From positions 85,675 to 149,674 of the forward strand of contig ADNK01002608.1 in assembly GCA_000320545.1 (NCBI GenBank): a stretch of DNA of 64,000 nucleotides. Reading direction: 5' to 3'. This document shows positions 46,917-61,438 of this stretch, in pieces. Position numbers and translations under genes: made by a program. The DNA comes from Bigelowiella natans CCMP2755. Taxonomy: Eukaryota > Protista > Cercozoa. Position 1 is the stretch's first letter. Every line of letters starts with the position of its first letter. Under the pieces are notes generated by a model. The model did no database searches. It saw nothing but the letters and a program-made list of their open reading frames with translations, and was not told where the DNA came from.

Positions 46917-48852
46917 ATGTCGGAGACTTCGGGATCCTCAAGGAAGCGCCCAAGGCCTGTTTCTCCGTGTGACGATACCAAATGGGTGCTTCTAGCATGT
47001 AAGGGGAAAGCTTGGGCCTCAGAATGTCAGGCATTCTGCAAATCCCTACCCTCTGAACTGGTACCTAAATTTCGAGAGTTATTGGAAAAGATCATCGCAG
47101 GAAAGTCGTCTACAGGGTGCGAAAAGGAACCAAATAGAAGAGAAGAAGCCCACACCAAGAAAGCTAAAGAGAAAAAAGAGACGGTAAATCAAGATAAGAT
47201 AGCTTACGTAATGGGGCCTGTGACGGCTGTCTCCCCGAGGTAAGCATGCAAATACAGCAACACCACTGCAGTAGCTCACTCTCGTGTTTTATCAATATTA
47301 ATCGCAGAGGCAAGTGGAATCTAACATTTACAGGCGACAGTAACTTAATTATGGAACTTAAGGAGAAGCGAGTGGTGGTTGAAGCAACCAATTTGAAACG
47401 CATCATTACTGTGCCGGACAACAATGGGCTGTATATTTACGTTGGCCTGCAACTCCGGGATCCCGTTACGCTTGGTAAGAGCAAGTATGGCATTGTCCTT
47501 TTCAAATTGCATGTCAAATCTAATCCCAAAGTCGAATGGGGAGAGGCTACTCCGAAGCTCCCACAAAGTGTACAGAAACTAAAATCAGAAAAAAAATCGG
47601 CGGCTGAAATCCTTGCCATGAGCTGGAAGGTGCCAATCGAGAGAGCTAACAAGACTTATTTCGCAAGCTCTTCGTCAAAGTAATCACATTTTACGTGCAA
47701 TGTTGCAAATATCTGAAAATGGTCATCATGATTATCGTATTTCTCTCATTATCGTCTCAGTTCGTGTGTACTACTACTGTTGTCAGACATGCAATCGCTT
47801 GCACCGTGAAGGCTAACAGTGGAGCACTGTATCCCCTCAGAGGTGTGTAGCAGAAGTGGTTTTAGTATTGGTAATGATGATGATGATGATGATAATGCTT
47901 CTGGAGCGACCATCCGGCTGCGGTTTAGCGCGCACCTCATCTCGCTTTGCTGGGATGGGACCCTTTTGTCAATTGTGTCGTATGTCACCTGAGTCGCCGT
48001 GCGGTCCTCGTCGCTCTCATTACACCGTGTGAGACTGCGTCCGTGCGTGATGAGGATGATATTTTAAGTACTGTAGTGATTGCAGTAGGTGGTGGTGGTG
48101 GTGGTGGTGGTGGTGGTGGTGGTGCAAGTAGCATTGAGTACAGTTGTTGCCCAATCATACGTTATCATATCTCACCACATAACTTAATACCTACCTGCTG
48201 TTCTGACAATACCTCTCAATGAACCTTTTCCCGTCCCTTTCTCTACTTAAATAGGAGGTATCTTCTATATTGGAAAGCCTCTCGTGTTCCTCCCTCGAAA
48301 GGAAATCGAGGAGATTAAGGCTGCAAGAGGAGGGACAATAGGATCATACTTTGATCTTTGCGTCGAGCACGATGGGACTCTATACGAATTCGGAATGATC
48401 AATAAGAGCGAGCAAGGCCCTATTCAAGTAATATGCTACTAATACTACAACTTCTAATACTCCTCAACAAATACTTGAGGTATATAATTGCCATTTAAGT
48501 AAATTGTAACAGTGTTCCTCATAGTTTACCATTGCAGTTTTGATATCACTGACAATATCGTGCATTTGTGTAATACAATTATAATTTACCAGGGATATGT
48601 CCAAAGCCTCCAAGAGCTTCGTAGCGCTGATGAACGACGGAGTCAAAAGAAAAAAAACAAAAAGAGAACAGATGATTCTGATGATGACGCGGGCGAGGAT
48701 GGGAGCAGAGAAAAATGCGGAGAACACGAAGACGATGGCGAAAACGAGGAGGAGGAGGAGGATGGTGATGATGATGATGCAGATGACTCTAATGACTCGG
48801 ACTATGTGGCAGATGATGAGGAGCGTCCCTGCGCCGACGAATTTGAATCCGT

Positions 48853-48885
<33 letters not shown>

Positions 48886-49235
48886 ATGCAGCTGCCACTC
48901 TTATTGCTCTAAACTCCGGCATTGATCAAACAAGCTGCAAGCCAAATGTATGCGATAGATTTGTTTACAAGCTTTTTAATGCCCAAACGCTTCTTGAAAC
49001 GATTGAGCGAAAACATCACTTTTTGTTTTGCTTCAAGGATGACGAAAATCTTAGGAAGATGGATCAGGAATTTGGATCTGACTCTGAAGCGGAGTTTGAC
49101 AAAGACAAGTGGAATAAGATATGCGATGTTGATAGTCCTCGAGGAGAAAATACTCCAGCAATGACTGCCAGGGCGTCAAAAAATGGAAGCGATACGGTGT
49201 GTGCACAAAAAGATTTCACCAACACCGTGCTATGA
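46917..49235 (+). CDS. Rtt106/SSRP1-like double-PH histone chaperone with acidic tail
   Basis: VSPR|GKWNLTF (first PH); HAIACTVKANSGALYPLR|GGIFYIGKPLVFLPRKEIEEI...FDLCV...YEFGMINKSE (second PH, Rtt106 pattern); D/E-rich C-terminus. Last exon boundary approximate. Confidence 0.8.
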
Positions 49236-50441
49236 TGACAGTGATGAGGGTATTTTCATACATTAGGAATCTTGCTGAGGTCAGCGGTTGCTGTTACAAT
49301 ACTTATGTGTCTTTGCACTGAATCCAGTTGTAGATCTGGATTCATAGAATTGTGTAGTTACCTCAACATTTCGATATGGAGTAGCTTTTCTACTCCGGCA
49401 GTGGTGTTGGACGCAGTCACGTCGACTTTCGCCTAGCTGCACTAAAATTGTACGGGTCCACCGTCTGAGTGTCATTGCAAATGTCATTTTTGCGTGCAAC
49501 AAGTGTCTGTCGAGAAAAATCATTAACATCACAAAGTGCAGAATGAATAAAGTGGGATCGAACGATGTCATCATCAGCTGCTCGTGCCATGCATGATTTA
49601 GTACTGCACTGCATATCAGAGTAAGTAGGTGGGAGCAATCTTCGTCACTCTATTACTTCATAGCGCCCGCCACACTGATGCAATGTCTTCGTCGCACCGT
49701 GGACACTGGGCCAGTCTAGTTACGCCAATCTTATAGACAGGGAATACCATATATATGTGGGATTCCTGTATCTATTATAAGTGTGTCTATTATCAAATTC
49801 ATTCAATCTACTAGATCTACAACATAACGTTACGTAGCTAATCGTTGCAATGTATGCGCACAAGAGAAGCTGCGTGGCCAGCGCGTAACAGCGCTCGAAG
49901 TATTTGCATCGTAGCCTAGGAATGGAAACCAGGGCTATACTTACTTGCGCTTGCTGAATGATAGACATACACAATGCATCCATTAGCTAGACCAGACGAC
50001 GAATATAGTATTGGTAACGCATAGTATAATAGTAAAGTGTAGTGTCCCACCGGATCACATGCTATGTGTGTGGATACAGTTTGGGGGACACAGTAATGTA
50101 TGAGCGAAAAATCAAATTTGTAGCACTTCGATCATCCATGTGGTATGCAACGCATAAGTAAAGTGAGGACGTAAACCGCTGCATTTATTTTTCTATTTCA
50201 GCACCCACAAGAACCGGGACGTGTAGCAGCACAGGCTAAGATAGATAACTACAGCGGTTATGGTTCCTATCAAATTATTTCCAAATATGTAGCGTCCAAA
50301 TGATCAATTGAACAAATAATACCGTATACTATATGACTAAATTAATAACTTCCACTAGCCCACGCTAAATGAACACAAGACTACGCTCGGTGGAAGCCCA
50401 TCATTTAATCCACTGGGTGTTAAATCTGGATCCTTAGCGTG

Positions 50442-51233
50442 TTATTTCCTTATCTTCTCTACTGCTGATGCTACTTTGTCAGAGACTGCAACCGCAACTT
50501 CATTTTTCCTTAAGAAATTAGGAGTAGCGAATGGATCGTGATATTGATACACGAAAGTCCTGCCTTTGGACGCGGAAAGGCCGTTCTTTGAAAGCGTATC
50601 GAGAATCTCCGCCTTATAGGTTTCTACTTTCTCCTCAGTTGGCGGGGGGCCTGAGAATCTTTTGACAGCTAAAAAATGGCCAGGAATTCGTCGCAGAGTG
50701 ACGTTCTTATTGAGAGGAACTGGTAACTCACCCATTTCGTACTTCGAGCCCATGACAAAACTGGTGCTGTAGATTATGTTTCATTCCCACCGGTTGAATT
50801 TAATTTATCTAAATTTTAAGTACTCACTATATCGTGTGCATGCGCTCACTATATTGACACTTTTATTTGCTCTTCTCGTTTGTTCTTCGTGCATCTAAAA
50901 TTATTACCTGTATTCTTCCTGGAGCTTTGCGACCGATGATGAAGTTTTCATCTCTGTTCTCACGGGTGCTGTCATCTTCATCTTTGAAGCAGGACCGCTA
51001 CTTCTTGATAACAACGAATATATGGAACTCCTCCTAAGGCAATGAATGTATGGATAAAATGTACGGAAATATTTTTCCCCTGAAGAGGAGGTCATGCGCC
51101 TCTTGTATGAATGCGACCTGGGCTTGTTCTTTCCAAAGATGTATCCTGCAACCTGCCTGAATCCAGAGCTGGTGGCTTTCTTCATTGATGATTCCCTTGA
51201 TCGAACCTCGGCTAAGTAGAAGAAGCAGAGAAT

Positions 51234-51274
<41 letters not shown>

Positions 51275-51498
51275 TCAACACAATAGAACTTCTGCCTTAA
51301 ATTATTACCAACGATGTAGGGTTGATACTTGCGAATCTCTATGCCGTTGCCAAAGGAGCCAACAATCGTATATCGAGGCTTCTCCAGGCCTTCAGCACTC
51401 CGCCAGGCAGCAAAACCGACTGTTGTGCGAAGTGATATGTACGCTAGAGCCAGAGTTGCTGCCAACTTGCTCGCGAGGGTTGCGCTTAGGACTGCCAT
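50442..51498 (-). CDS. SOUL/heme-binding protein family, multi-exon
   Basis: LEKPRYTIV...EIRKYQP, SGFRQVAGYIFGKN, KMKMTAPV, FVMGSKY..LPVP, AVKRFSG, YQYHDPFATPNFLRKNEV. Confidence 0.92.
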
Positions 51499-51656
51499 TG
51501 TGATGCGACGTGCAAGTTAAACAGACGACGTGATTGGCTTTTATTGTTGTTGTTGTTGTTCTTCTTCTTCTTCTTCTTCTTCTTCTTCTCATTGTTGTTC
51601 TTATTATTATTATTGTTCTTGTTGTTGTTGTATCATCCTCATTTCCATCAATACGA

Positions 51657-54600
51657 ATGTCCTCCGTTACGAACCGTGCGACATTAGAAATAGCTTTCAA
51701 AATTATCAGTTTAGGAAAAAAAGGGACCTTGAAACTTACGGTAGATCTAATGGCGTTACAATCCACCTTCAACATCAAGATTGATTGGAGAAATCCATGG
51801 ATGCTTGACTTGTAGGGGGCCAAGAATTTACAGCCACATCACCATCATCAAGAAACAATTCTCTTGTGCATCCATCACTCGCAAGAAATACATGTCCTGC
51901 ATTATGCCATCACATAATCGAAGTTGAGGGTACATTTTAGACGCTGTTGCAATGGCGACTGCCTCCCCAAAATATGAAGGAAAAAAGGCTTCGAAAAATA
52001 ACGAGAAACGATCAACAAGACCCACTATTATGACATCTGAGGAAGAAGAGTTTCTGAGCAAGATGTCGCTTCGGAACCGCTCCCTGACGACCAAGTAGTG
52101 TGTTAAAGAATTAATGTTCATATCCATGAAAAAAGTGCTATGTGATGATTAACATGATGAGATATACCTGCAGGAGTCCATTGTGGCGACGAAATAGGAC
52201 ACAAATCAGGGAGGAAAGTCGCGCAATTTTGCGAGTGTATTTCAACTATGGTATTATTTATATTTTCATTTGTTCAAGAGGCAGAGCTCTTGTTAATTCT
52301 GCTATTATCATCTTCTCTAGGTTATGCTTATTAATCCTGCTATCATCTTCTTTCCATAGGTTATGCGCAGTTGCTGCTGATACAGGCAACACGTGCTATG
52401 GACAAAAATTCAGGTGAGATCCATTTGTAAATATTCCGCCCAAAAACTCTGAAAGCATTTGTTTCTGCAGTAGGTAATACGGAAAACACTACTCCAGAAA
52501 GTTCTTCAGGGAGCACAGGTGCTGCTTTTTCAGCAGCAACCAATCATCTCATCCCTCTGAACAAACATTCAGACAATTTTTATTTGCAGGATCGCATTCA
52601 CACAATGCATACGTTACAATAAAGCCCTCCACAGATGCTTCCTTGGAGGTAGGGTTGAAGCGCAGGATTGTTTCATGCTATATATCGTCTAACACTAATA
52701 CGTCAGGATATTCGTGAAGAAATATTAAAAGCTTTAGAAAAACGAAAAATGAAAAGGTATTTTTGGTGTAAATTTTTGGATGAGTAAGGAAAGAGTGGGT
52801 GTGAGTTAAAAATAGCACAAACATTACCACCAACCGAAAACAATGACAATATTACCAACCGTGAATCATGTAGGGTCAGCTCCTGGGTTTCAAAATTTAA
52901 GCTGGTGGATAGGAAATCACGCAAAGAACTGAAGGATTTTAGACCACTTGTGGTTTTAAGTGGAACAGGGTCAAAAGTGGTACTGACTAATCCATCTTTC
53001 CAGTATATTCAACATACATACTGAAAATAGAATTAGGCGCTCGTATTGATGTATTTGTTTTCGAATCCCGATTATGTCCTTTATATATGTATATAGGATC
53101 CGTTTGAAATTGATATGGTAGTTGATGGTGCTCCAAGGGAACTCGACACATATAAAGAGGAAGAATATCAGGTGGTACTAGTGAAAAAAATAAAGTATCC
53201 AAAATTTTCTTTTTTACTATCTTGATCATTACGGAATCTGCTACTGCTGCTGCTGCTGCTGCTGTGTAAAAAGATTAGCAAATTGCTGTCTTTTCACTAC
53301 TATCATCATCATCATTATTGAATCATCTTTTGCTGCTGCTGTGTAATAATAAGGTTACCAAATTCCTGTCTTACGGACGAAGACAGAAACGAATTATTAG
53401 ACTCACCAAAAAAGGTGCTGCTGTCCATGTATGTATGCCACGCTAAGTGATTATAGAGAAGCATAGTAGTATGTCCCGAATCACCATTGTTAGCCAAAAG
53501 TGGAGGTGGTGGTTTATTCTTCTGCCTTCTCCAATTGAAACTATTCTTCGGGTGTACTCTTTCGTATGATAGCATATTGAATGATAGTAAGGGAAGGGAT
53601 GCGGCTGGCTTCAAATGACTGCATATTGAATAACACATGTCGTAGAATGTTGCCCTCCTCATGACAAGCACCAACGTCTTTTCTTAGTTCAAATACTTGA
53701 TAATTCAGTCATATATTTGTAAATGCTAGGGATAGAAAATGTCAGGGGCAACGAGGCATCGTCTCAGCACGCATATTCGGTAGCACATACGTACGTACTT
53801 ACTAGCAGATGGAGAAGTATGATGTGTACACTAGAGTGAGAGAGCCTGTTTAAAGATGATTGCAATGGAAATAGTAATTGCTTAAAACATCTGGATTTCC
53901 TCGAGCCTTATTTCATAGTATAATAGCATTAAAAGGGTGTACGTAGATATCTGTCAAAACTAAAGGATATGAAACTGCAGGAAGTGTTCTACACAGCTCT
54001 AATCGATAAAGACGTGTTGGTAAGAGATCCGATTAGTTGAACAAATTATTTATCATATCTTTATTTTTAATTTTGTTTTGTTTTCTAAATATTTTAAGGT
54101 TATTTCTTACACTGATGCTAAGGAGCATAGGTGAAATAATTTCTCATATGACGTGAAATATTTTGTTATTCTGGAATCAAGCAGCAGCTCGATAGGCAAC
54201 CGTCCCCTTCTTTGCGAATACAATCAATACCACTCGAAAATGTTATTCTGAACCCACCTATAATCAAGTCATTATGAAACTCTAGCTAATGAATATTGCA
54301 GGTACAAGAGTGACGTAGCAATCAGGCTTGTTCAGGTTTTATGAATACTGCATCTTCCAACCATTAAATGCCATTTATCGTTCGTCTTCTTCGGGCTATT
54401 TCCAATGAGAATTATCATTACAGAACATCAATGATCGGGTTTCAGCTTTTATGCGGATTGAGAAAAATTATCTCATCAAACCTGAGAAAGCCAGAGAAAA
54501 AGCTAGGAAGGTGCATGATGTGCCTTACATTCAATGATCGTTTCCTTAAAGTCAACAATATGTTATTTGTGGCGTTGTAATTAACCTGAGAGTATTTCTT

Positions 54601-54672
54601 AAAAGGCCCAAGAGATGGTGCACCACCGATGGAAAACACAATCTATGGAATTTTCTCCAGACCACGTAATAC

Positions 54673-54720
<48 letters not shown>

Positions 54721-56200
54721 TATTTTGATTTGTTTTTCACCCTTGTGTTTCCCCATAACTGTACAAATACGCTTGCTACTCCTCATTCAACGCAACAACG
54801 AATAAATATTGGCTATGATTGGTCTTCATAGGTAAAGACTTTTAATCAAAAACTTGTAAAATCCTCGAAAGATTTGAGTAATAGAAGAGGTAATATTGTT
54901 CGTGGTCATTTTCAAAAGCTGCTCTCATGATTTTGTGTGTGTATGTTACAAAATTTCCGATAGCAACATTGAAAAAGAAAACTCTCAAGTCTACACACCG
55001 GCGTACACATTCGATGTCTGTTGGTTCGTGGAATCATAATAAAGAGGTTACTATACAACTTTAGTAGTCATCTTATGTCCATCCATTGATTGTTATAAAT
55101 GACGAGTTGTTTTTTTAAATATAATATGCCTCTCTGATCAACTTCGTGGAAAATAGCGCTCTCTTGCACAGTAATAGAATGTTACTTTACTTATTGTAAT
55201 CTAGATTGTAAATGCTGTAAATCTGGAAATTGATATAAACTTGATATATGTGCCACAAGCAGCCAAAAAAGCCTTAATTTACAGCTAATTGACGAAAAAT
55301 CTGGGTCAGTTGTCAAATCACGTTTGAAGAATTGTTTCTGAGTAGTCTTTGAATGGCGATTTGTTGAGTAGATGCACAAGGGATTCCCGTGCAACATCAT
55401 CTCAGCATAATGAGGATCTAGGTAAAAGTAATAATAATAATAATAATAACAACAACAACCATGTCGATGATCATCATCAACACTTACTATTTTACAATCA
55501 AGCATTATTAAATTCTTCTCTGATATTTGTTTTCAGAAACTGGCGCCAGTACCGAAAAAGTAGTACTAGTTGTTTTCGCGTAGTAGTAGTAGTAGTAGTA
55601 GCAGCAGCAGCTGCTGCAGCGGCAATCGTATAACACAGTGCTCGGTGAAGTACTAGATTTTGCCCAAACCTAACACGTAGTAGTTGATGAATTTGGTGGT
55701 CATCATCATCTGAGAAGGATAAATTTGCATGTTGAATTTGCAGGTGGAGAGCAGTACGTACAAACCTTCAAGCACATTACGACTCTCAATCGACATGTTT
55801 TTATGTGGAAAGTAAGTCGCCGCTCTGGAGATAGAATACTAACAGCAACAATCCACTAAATATGGACTGCATGTACAATTCTTAAAGTGTACTACTTCAT
55901 TTAATTGTTCGGATGACGACATTGTATTCTCAAATATCATCTTATTTTATTAAATTGGTATTATGTTGTGTAATCAAAGCTCGGTGGAAGGATCTGCAAG
56001 AAAACGATTCCTGAAGGGTATAACTGGAAAAATACATCAATCAACACTGAATCGCCTCGCTCATGTAGATTGTTGTAGGAATAAATGTGTACGAGCGAAA
56101 ACCAGAGTCATTATGCCAGGTATGTGTAGCGTATGGTGAGATTATAGATTATTGTGTGGTCACCATTCCAATGTGTGTGGGTATTGTGTGGGTTTGAATT

Positions 56201-56249
<49 letters not shown>

Positions 56250-58322
56250 GTGGGAGTGTGTGTGATGTGTTTATGCGGTTTCTGCTGCTAGTGTTTCCGA
56301 TGATTTAATATTTAATTGTATTACAACTGAAGGTGATTCGGAAGTTTGTTGACTCTATGGCAGTATATGTCAAGGTATAATAGTAACAGCGATTATAATG
56401 ATAATAGAAGTGTGTCTGGTAGGTCAAAAATATGCTTCAACAATATCCATTGTTTGAATGTTTTACAGGAGCATAGAATGGATGAAATGCTGAAGAGTGT
56501 GGGAGACGTTCCTGAAAGTAGGAAAGAGGAGGTCATGGAAGAACACAAATACACAAATAAGCAGGACAAAGAGATTATCTTTTCAAAATATGATTTGAGA
56601 TGACTATTCTCCAGCGAGTAGCTATACCCGTAGACGACCAACACAACACATATCAATGGTACTTTTAAGAATGACACTAACAACAATGTTACATTTAAAG
56701 CTCATTGGAGATGCAATAGAAGACTCCCTACAGGTCTAATTCTAATGAGTGAATTGTGCATGTAAATTTTAATTTTAATTATCATTTACTATTTCTATCA
56801 GCGCACTGTTGTGAATCCAATTTACCTCCGTGTGACCAAGACTTTGAGAGAAACAACGCAAACAAGTGATGAAAGGTACTGCTCTCACGTAGAAAATTGT
56901 AAAAATTCTATACATTCACCTTGTTTTCTGATAAAGGTATCTTCGGAATGCACGTATGTTGGTCCTTAAATCGCAAGATTTTTTCGGCATAAGGAAGGTA
57001 TATTAGTTCCACGGGTCTTGAGTGATTTCTTACAACTTATTCTCTATTCTCAGGAATATATTCGACCTAATGGATGGTAAAATGTCGAACAATGTTATTG
57101 ATTGATAGATATAATAACTCATATATACATATTATATGTTGCTACATTAGGTCTGAAGGTGTAACAAAATTAAGTATGTTGGAGCATTCAGCAAACCCTA
57201 TATTACAACTCAAGGTTTTTCCCATAGCAATTTGAACTAATCTTATCCAATATTCTTCGAAATATAAAAAAAATCTTATCTTACTGGTGTTTATTATTAG
57301 GTGTTGGTTGGGACTGCCCACTCAATTTTTGAATCACACAATAAGGCTGCCATGGAATTATCAAAAAGCAAAGAGATTGAGTACGATAACAGAGACATTC
57401 CTTCTATTTTATCTTGTCTTGTGATCTAGATGGTTGAATTCAGATATTTGTGAATAATATTTTTCAGATTCTTGTCTGCTGACGATTTCTTCCCGATTTT
57501 CTTGTTTGTAATGGTTCGTCTTCATGTTCTATATCTTAACCTTCGAATACTAAATGCATTATCTCATTGAAGGTGAATTCCACCCAAAAGCACCCACATC
57601 TGAACAAACAACTTATGTGGGGTTTATGTTCCAAATCGGACCTTCAAGGCGAAGGGTAAGATCAATATGATTTGTTTGATGATTTGTGAACGGTAGTATG
57701 ACACAGAAAATCACATTTACAACCATTATTTGATTGGGGTTGGTCAATTGTAATACTATTAGTGGTTATTACCTTACTGTCTACGAAGCTGCTATAATGT
57801 ATATTACCGACTACAAGATCGAGGTAAACTATTTTTATGTAATGAAATGAAGTGTTATTGAAGAGCATTGAAGAGCAGTTGATCATTGCAGGAAGAAAAA
57901 CGCCTTGTTGATATTGATGCTAACGAGGATACTCAAGCGTTTCCCGAAGGTCGGACCCTCTTCTACGTGAATAATCGCAAAAGAAGGGTGGTTGATTGTG
58001 TTGAATTTTAAATATAAAGATACAGATACAAACAAGAATCGTGACAGGGGTGACACTGAATATTTCGGAGGAAACAGCGACGAAGATGAAAGCCAATGCG
58101 AAGTTCGCTCGGTTGCTTCGAACATCTCTGAAGCGTCGTCTCCGGAAGGTAATATCAACCAAAATTTACATGGTTTGTTTCCTGAAAGTATGATTATCAT
58201 CGATCCGTAATTTTAGTCATTCTGTTTCATGACTACGAACTTTTCTAGGTCATGGGGTTTACGAAGGCGAAGGCTTGAAAGCGACAACCGCTTCATTAGA
58301 GAAAATTTTGGAAGAGTCATGA
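51657..58322 (+). CDS. VPS9-domain protein (Rab5-type GEF) with upstream PH-like segment; many small exons, boundaries approximate
   Basis: ILQLK|VLVGTAHSIFE...|FLSADDFFPIFLFVMV, LQGEG and YLTVYEAAIMYI are VPS9 hallmarks; VTKFLSYGRRQKRIIRLTKK is PH-like. Confidence 0.72.
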
Positions 58323-58339
58323 CAACTTCATCTTCATGT

Positions 58340-59500
58340 TTTCTTTATCTCTCAATGTGTATCTTCATGCACCTGTTACTGCAAAGCAATTGTGAGCAGT
58401 GTTAATTGAAGACCAAAATTTGATGACGAAAGTAATGCGACAGCGAAGATGGCTATGCAGCGCACACATGGGACGCATGCCATCGGTGCAAATGGCAATT
58501 GGCTTCGTTGAATGACATGCGCGGTTCTGACAATGAGGACGACACGCTGCACACATGCAGGCCACAGCATGCACGCACGCAAATTTAGGACACAACTGTC
58601 TGGATTTTCTTCTTCTTCTTTTGATGTAGCGTTCTTTTCTTCATGGCATAGCTTTGGATGGAAAATTTCAAGACATGTGTGTGCGCACATGCTGTAATGT
58701 CTCGTTGCCGTGCAACTGCGTCTGCCGTTGCGCTTGTGCATGCGCAGATGTGAGTCTTGTTCTTTCATTGCACTCAAATCAACTTTCACATGCTGTGCTA
58801 GCATGGCGCACGTGTGTCTGATGTAGCTAGCTGGAAAGAATGCGTAATACATGCATGATAACAGATAGACACAGCAATGCACTACACATATTATGTGCAT
58901 TGTGTATTGCATGTCCATCATCATGATGTTGTGCGATGCACGCGTCATGCCCGCGTGCACTGGCCCCGCTAGCCCGACACACTGCTGTGCTCTGGTGCTC
59001 ACTTGCGCTCACGGTGTCGATTAGCAGATCAACGTCATGGATGGAACCCAAATGCCTGAGACCTCTGCGACGTCCATGAAATTGCCGAGCATCGCCATGC
59101 TAGCATGAACTGCATGCGATGGCAACCTGGTAACTTCTTGCTGTCCAGGGGTCAATAACCACTGAATTTTTGCAATGCAGGACGTGGACCGCACTTGAGT
59201 CGCCTCGTGCATGATGCAACACCCAGACAGCATTGCCGATTTAGAATTTAGCCTTTTCACACATAAGGTGGTACACACAATTGCAGAATGAACAGATATA
59301 CGCGCACAACTTAAGCGCTATAGCCGCAGCCTTGCACAGCTTTAGAGCTACATTTAGAATGAGCATTAAACGATTTTCATTTATTCATTACATCCGTTTC
59401 ATACACTATAACACATGTATATATTACAGCATTATTGCACATCGCATGCAGTGTATCATCACAGCGGAATGAAGCGCGCCAGCAACATTTTTGCTGTCAC
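58340..59500. other. TG/CA-rich, TA-reduced intergenic block (degenerate repeat)
   Basis: Same composition; shares a diverged segment with 28744-28806. Confidence 0.65.
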
Positions 59501-59518
59501 ACTGTACGTATCAGTTGA

Positions 59519-60106
59519 TCAGCTGAGAGATTCGCAAATTGTCATGAGAAAGGGAGAAGCCTTCGTGATCAAAATTCGGCAATGACGGTCCCGAAATGTC
59601 CTGGAAATGTGTTTATTATTGACTGCAAAATGTGACGTTAAATCGGTATGTGAACCTCATGAGAGTTAAAGAGCCCCACAATGGAATGAGTGAGCTGCGA
59701 AAGATATAATTCAATTTTAGGGTGACTAGAAAATGGTAGATGGTGAACGTGTTACTCTGCGGGCAACGATATAATCGCCGTATTAGGAGAACATATCTTC
59801 ACAACTTCAGCAGAATGAATTCCGCATCCAACCTTCAATTATTAGACAATGAAATTTTCGCGTCTTGATTGGGGGATGCAATTTGACCTTTCCCATTAAT
59901 GTCTGTATTGCGTGCTGGACCATCCCTGCTATCGATATTTTGGTCAGCTCGAATCCTTCTCTAATCAAGTAAACCGTATGAGGTCGCACACAATTATTTT
60001 CTCACTATTCGTCCTACATTTCCAACAGGAGGAACCATCGCCGTGGTCGCAGAATGTATTCGCTTGTGACTTGTTTTCGTCTTTCTTGAGAAGTTTCACT
60101 TCTCAT
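59519..60106 (-). CDS. RPP14: RNase P/MRP subunit Rpp14/Pop5 family protein, 5 exons
   Basis: In-frame splice: ...RWFLLLEI|EGFELTKISIAGMVQHAIQTLMGK|VGCGIHSAEVVKICSPNTAIISLPAD|SLIPLWGSLTLMR|TFRDRHCRILITKASPFLMTICESLS*, paralleling Rpp14 (LFGEV...LWSSLTL...RVIQVSPFLL). Confidence 0.75.
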
Positions 60107-61438
60107 TGCCACCACAGGCTAGGCTAGTCAGCAGTGCAAGGAGGCATAATCGTTGTCTAGGTCTGTGAACCTCGAGGAGGAGCAACTAAATACTACCGGG
60201 CAGTGCCGTTATTAATCCCCGGGGGGATATTGAAACATTTCACCATTGACAAAAACACCGGGATTCCAGGAGATTTTCTACAAGTACTACATGCATGTCC
60301 TAGTAGATCTACGTAGAGCAATTGAAAGAAAAACGACAGCAAAACGTTTCACCGAGAGTCAAATTCCATGAAATTCCAAAACGAAACCACGTCGTAGGAG
60401 CGTCAATGTGTTTCATTTTTTGTTGTGTTTCGGTTGAAACCTGTGCAAAAGAATTTCTCGTTCTGCATTGGAAAACACTGGGTTTCTCCTGCTTCAGGTT
60501 CGTTTTTTACGCATGATGATCGAATTCCTGGATTTCGCCTAGTTTCAAACCATGCGATACTCTCTTGTGGCGAGATCGCAGTTCTGATAAAAGCCTATCT
60601 CACATTAGAGAAATCCTAGGAAATCCAGGAAATCCAGGAAATCCAACATCGTATGCACATACGACACTGCGTTTGCTGACGAAACTACAACTTTTAGTTC
60701 CAAATTCAAACTCGAAATGAAGCACAACGATCTTACTAGTCAAATCACGATGCGATCATTTTTCCTCGCAGATTCTGAAGCAAATGCACAGCATTTCCAT
60801 GATTTCTTCTTTCAAGATATCCCCTTTTTGCTAACTAATGATTCACTCGAAAGGCTTTTTTCCACTTCGTATTTGTATGCAAACTTCAAGTTCCGGGTCG
60901 TAAGACTCTCTTTCGCTGTCTCTCCACCTCCTCGAACAACATCCAACTTTCTTCCCCTTCCAACTCCCCGCTCCATTACATGAGCATGGCACTCCCGAAA
61001 AGGAAGATCGAGATGTCTGAAGCCTTTTGGACGGTTGTTTTCTAGACTTAATCAGAAATTCTTAACAAGCATTAAGTTCGGGCAAGAGTGTCCGCTCGTG
61101 CTCCGACGATGGGAGACAGATTCAGAATTTTCCTCCTATTTCTACATTCCAAAATAAGGATTCAAAAATGCTTGCCCATAGATGTCCTATCTTTGATGGT
61201 AGCAAAATCCTTTCCGAGAGCTGCTTGCTCTATGACTAATAAATATCCGGAATTGATAGCTTGCCATCCAAAGCCAGACAACAATTTTCCCTTTTCCTGT
61301 TCCTGTTCCTATCGTACGAATCATTTTCCAATAATTGAAGATCGGATAATTGGTTGAATTTAACCAAACTTAGTGTGCATTTGATATTCTCCCGCATTCG
61401 CTAACCTTTCCTTCTCGTCTTATTAGTCTTTGAAGCGC

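Noticed and set aside
60612-60646. CRISPR-like or iteron arrays (AGGAAATCC x3 here; 13-mer x3 at 42614)
   Set aside because: Contiguous tandem units without spacers, eukaryotic context, no cas genes
61230-61300. Minus-strand CLALDGKLSIP resembling a DDE transposase motif
   Set aside because: Stops follow immediately, there are no TIRs/TSD, and the + strand nearby belongs to a gene
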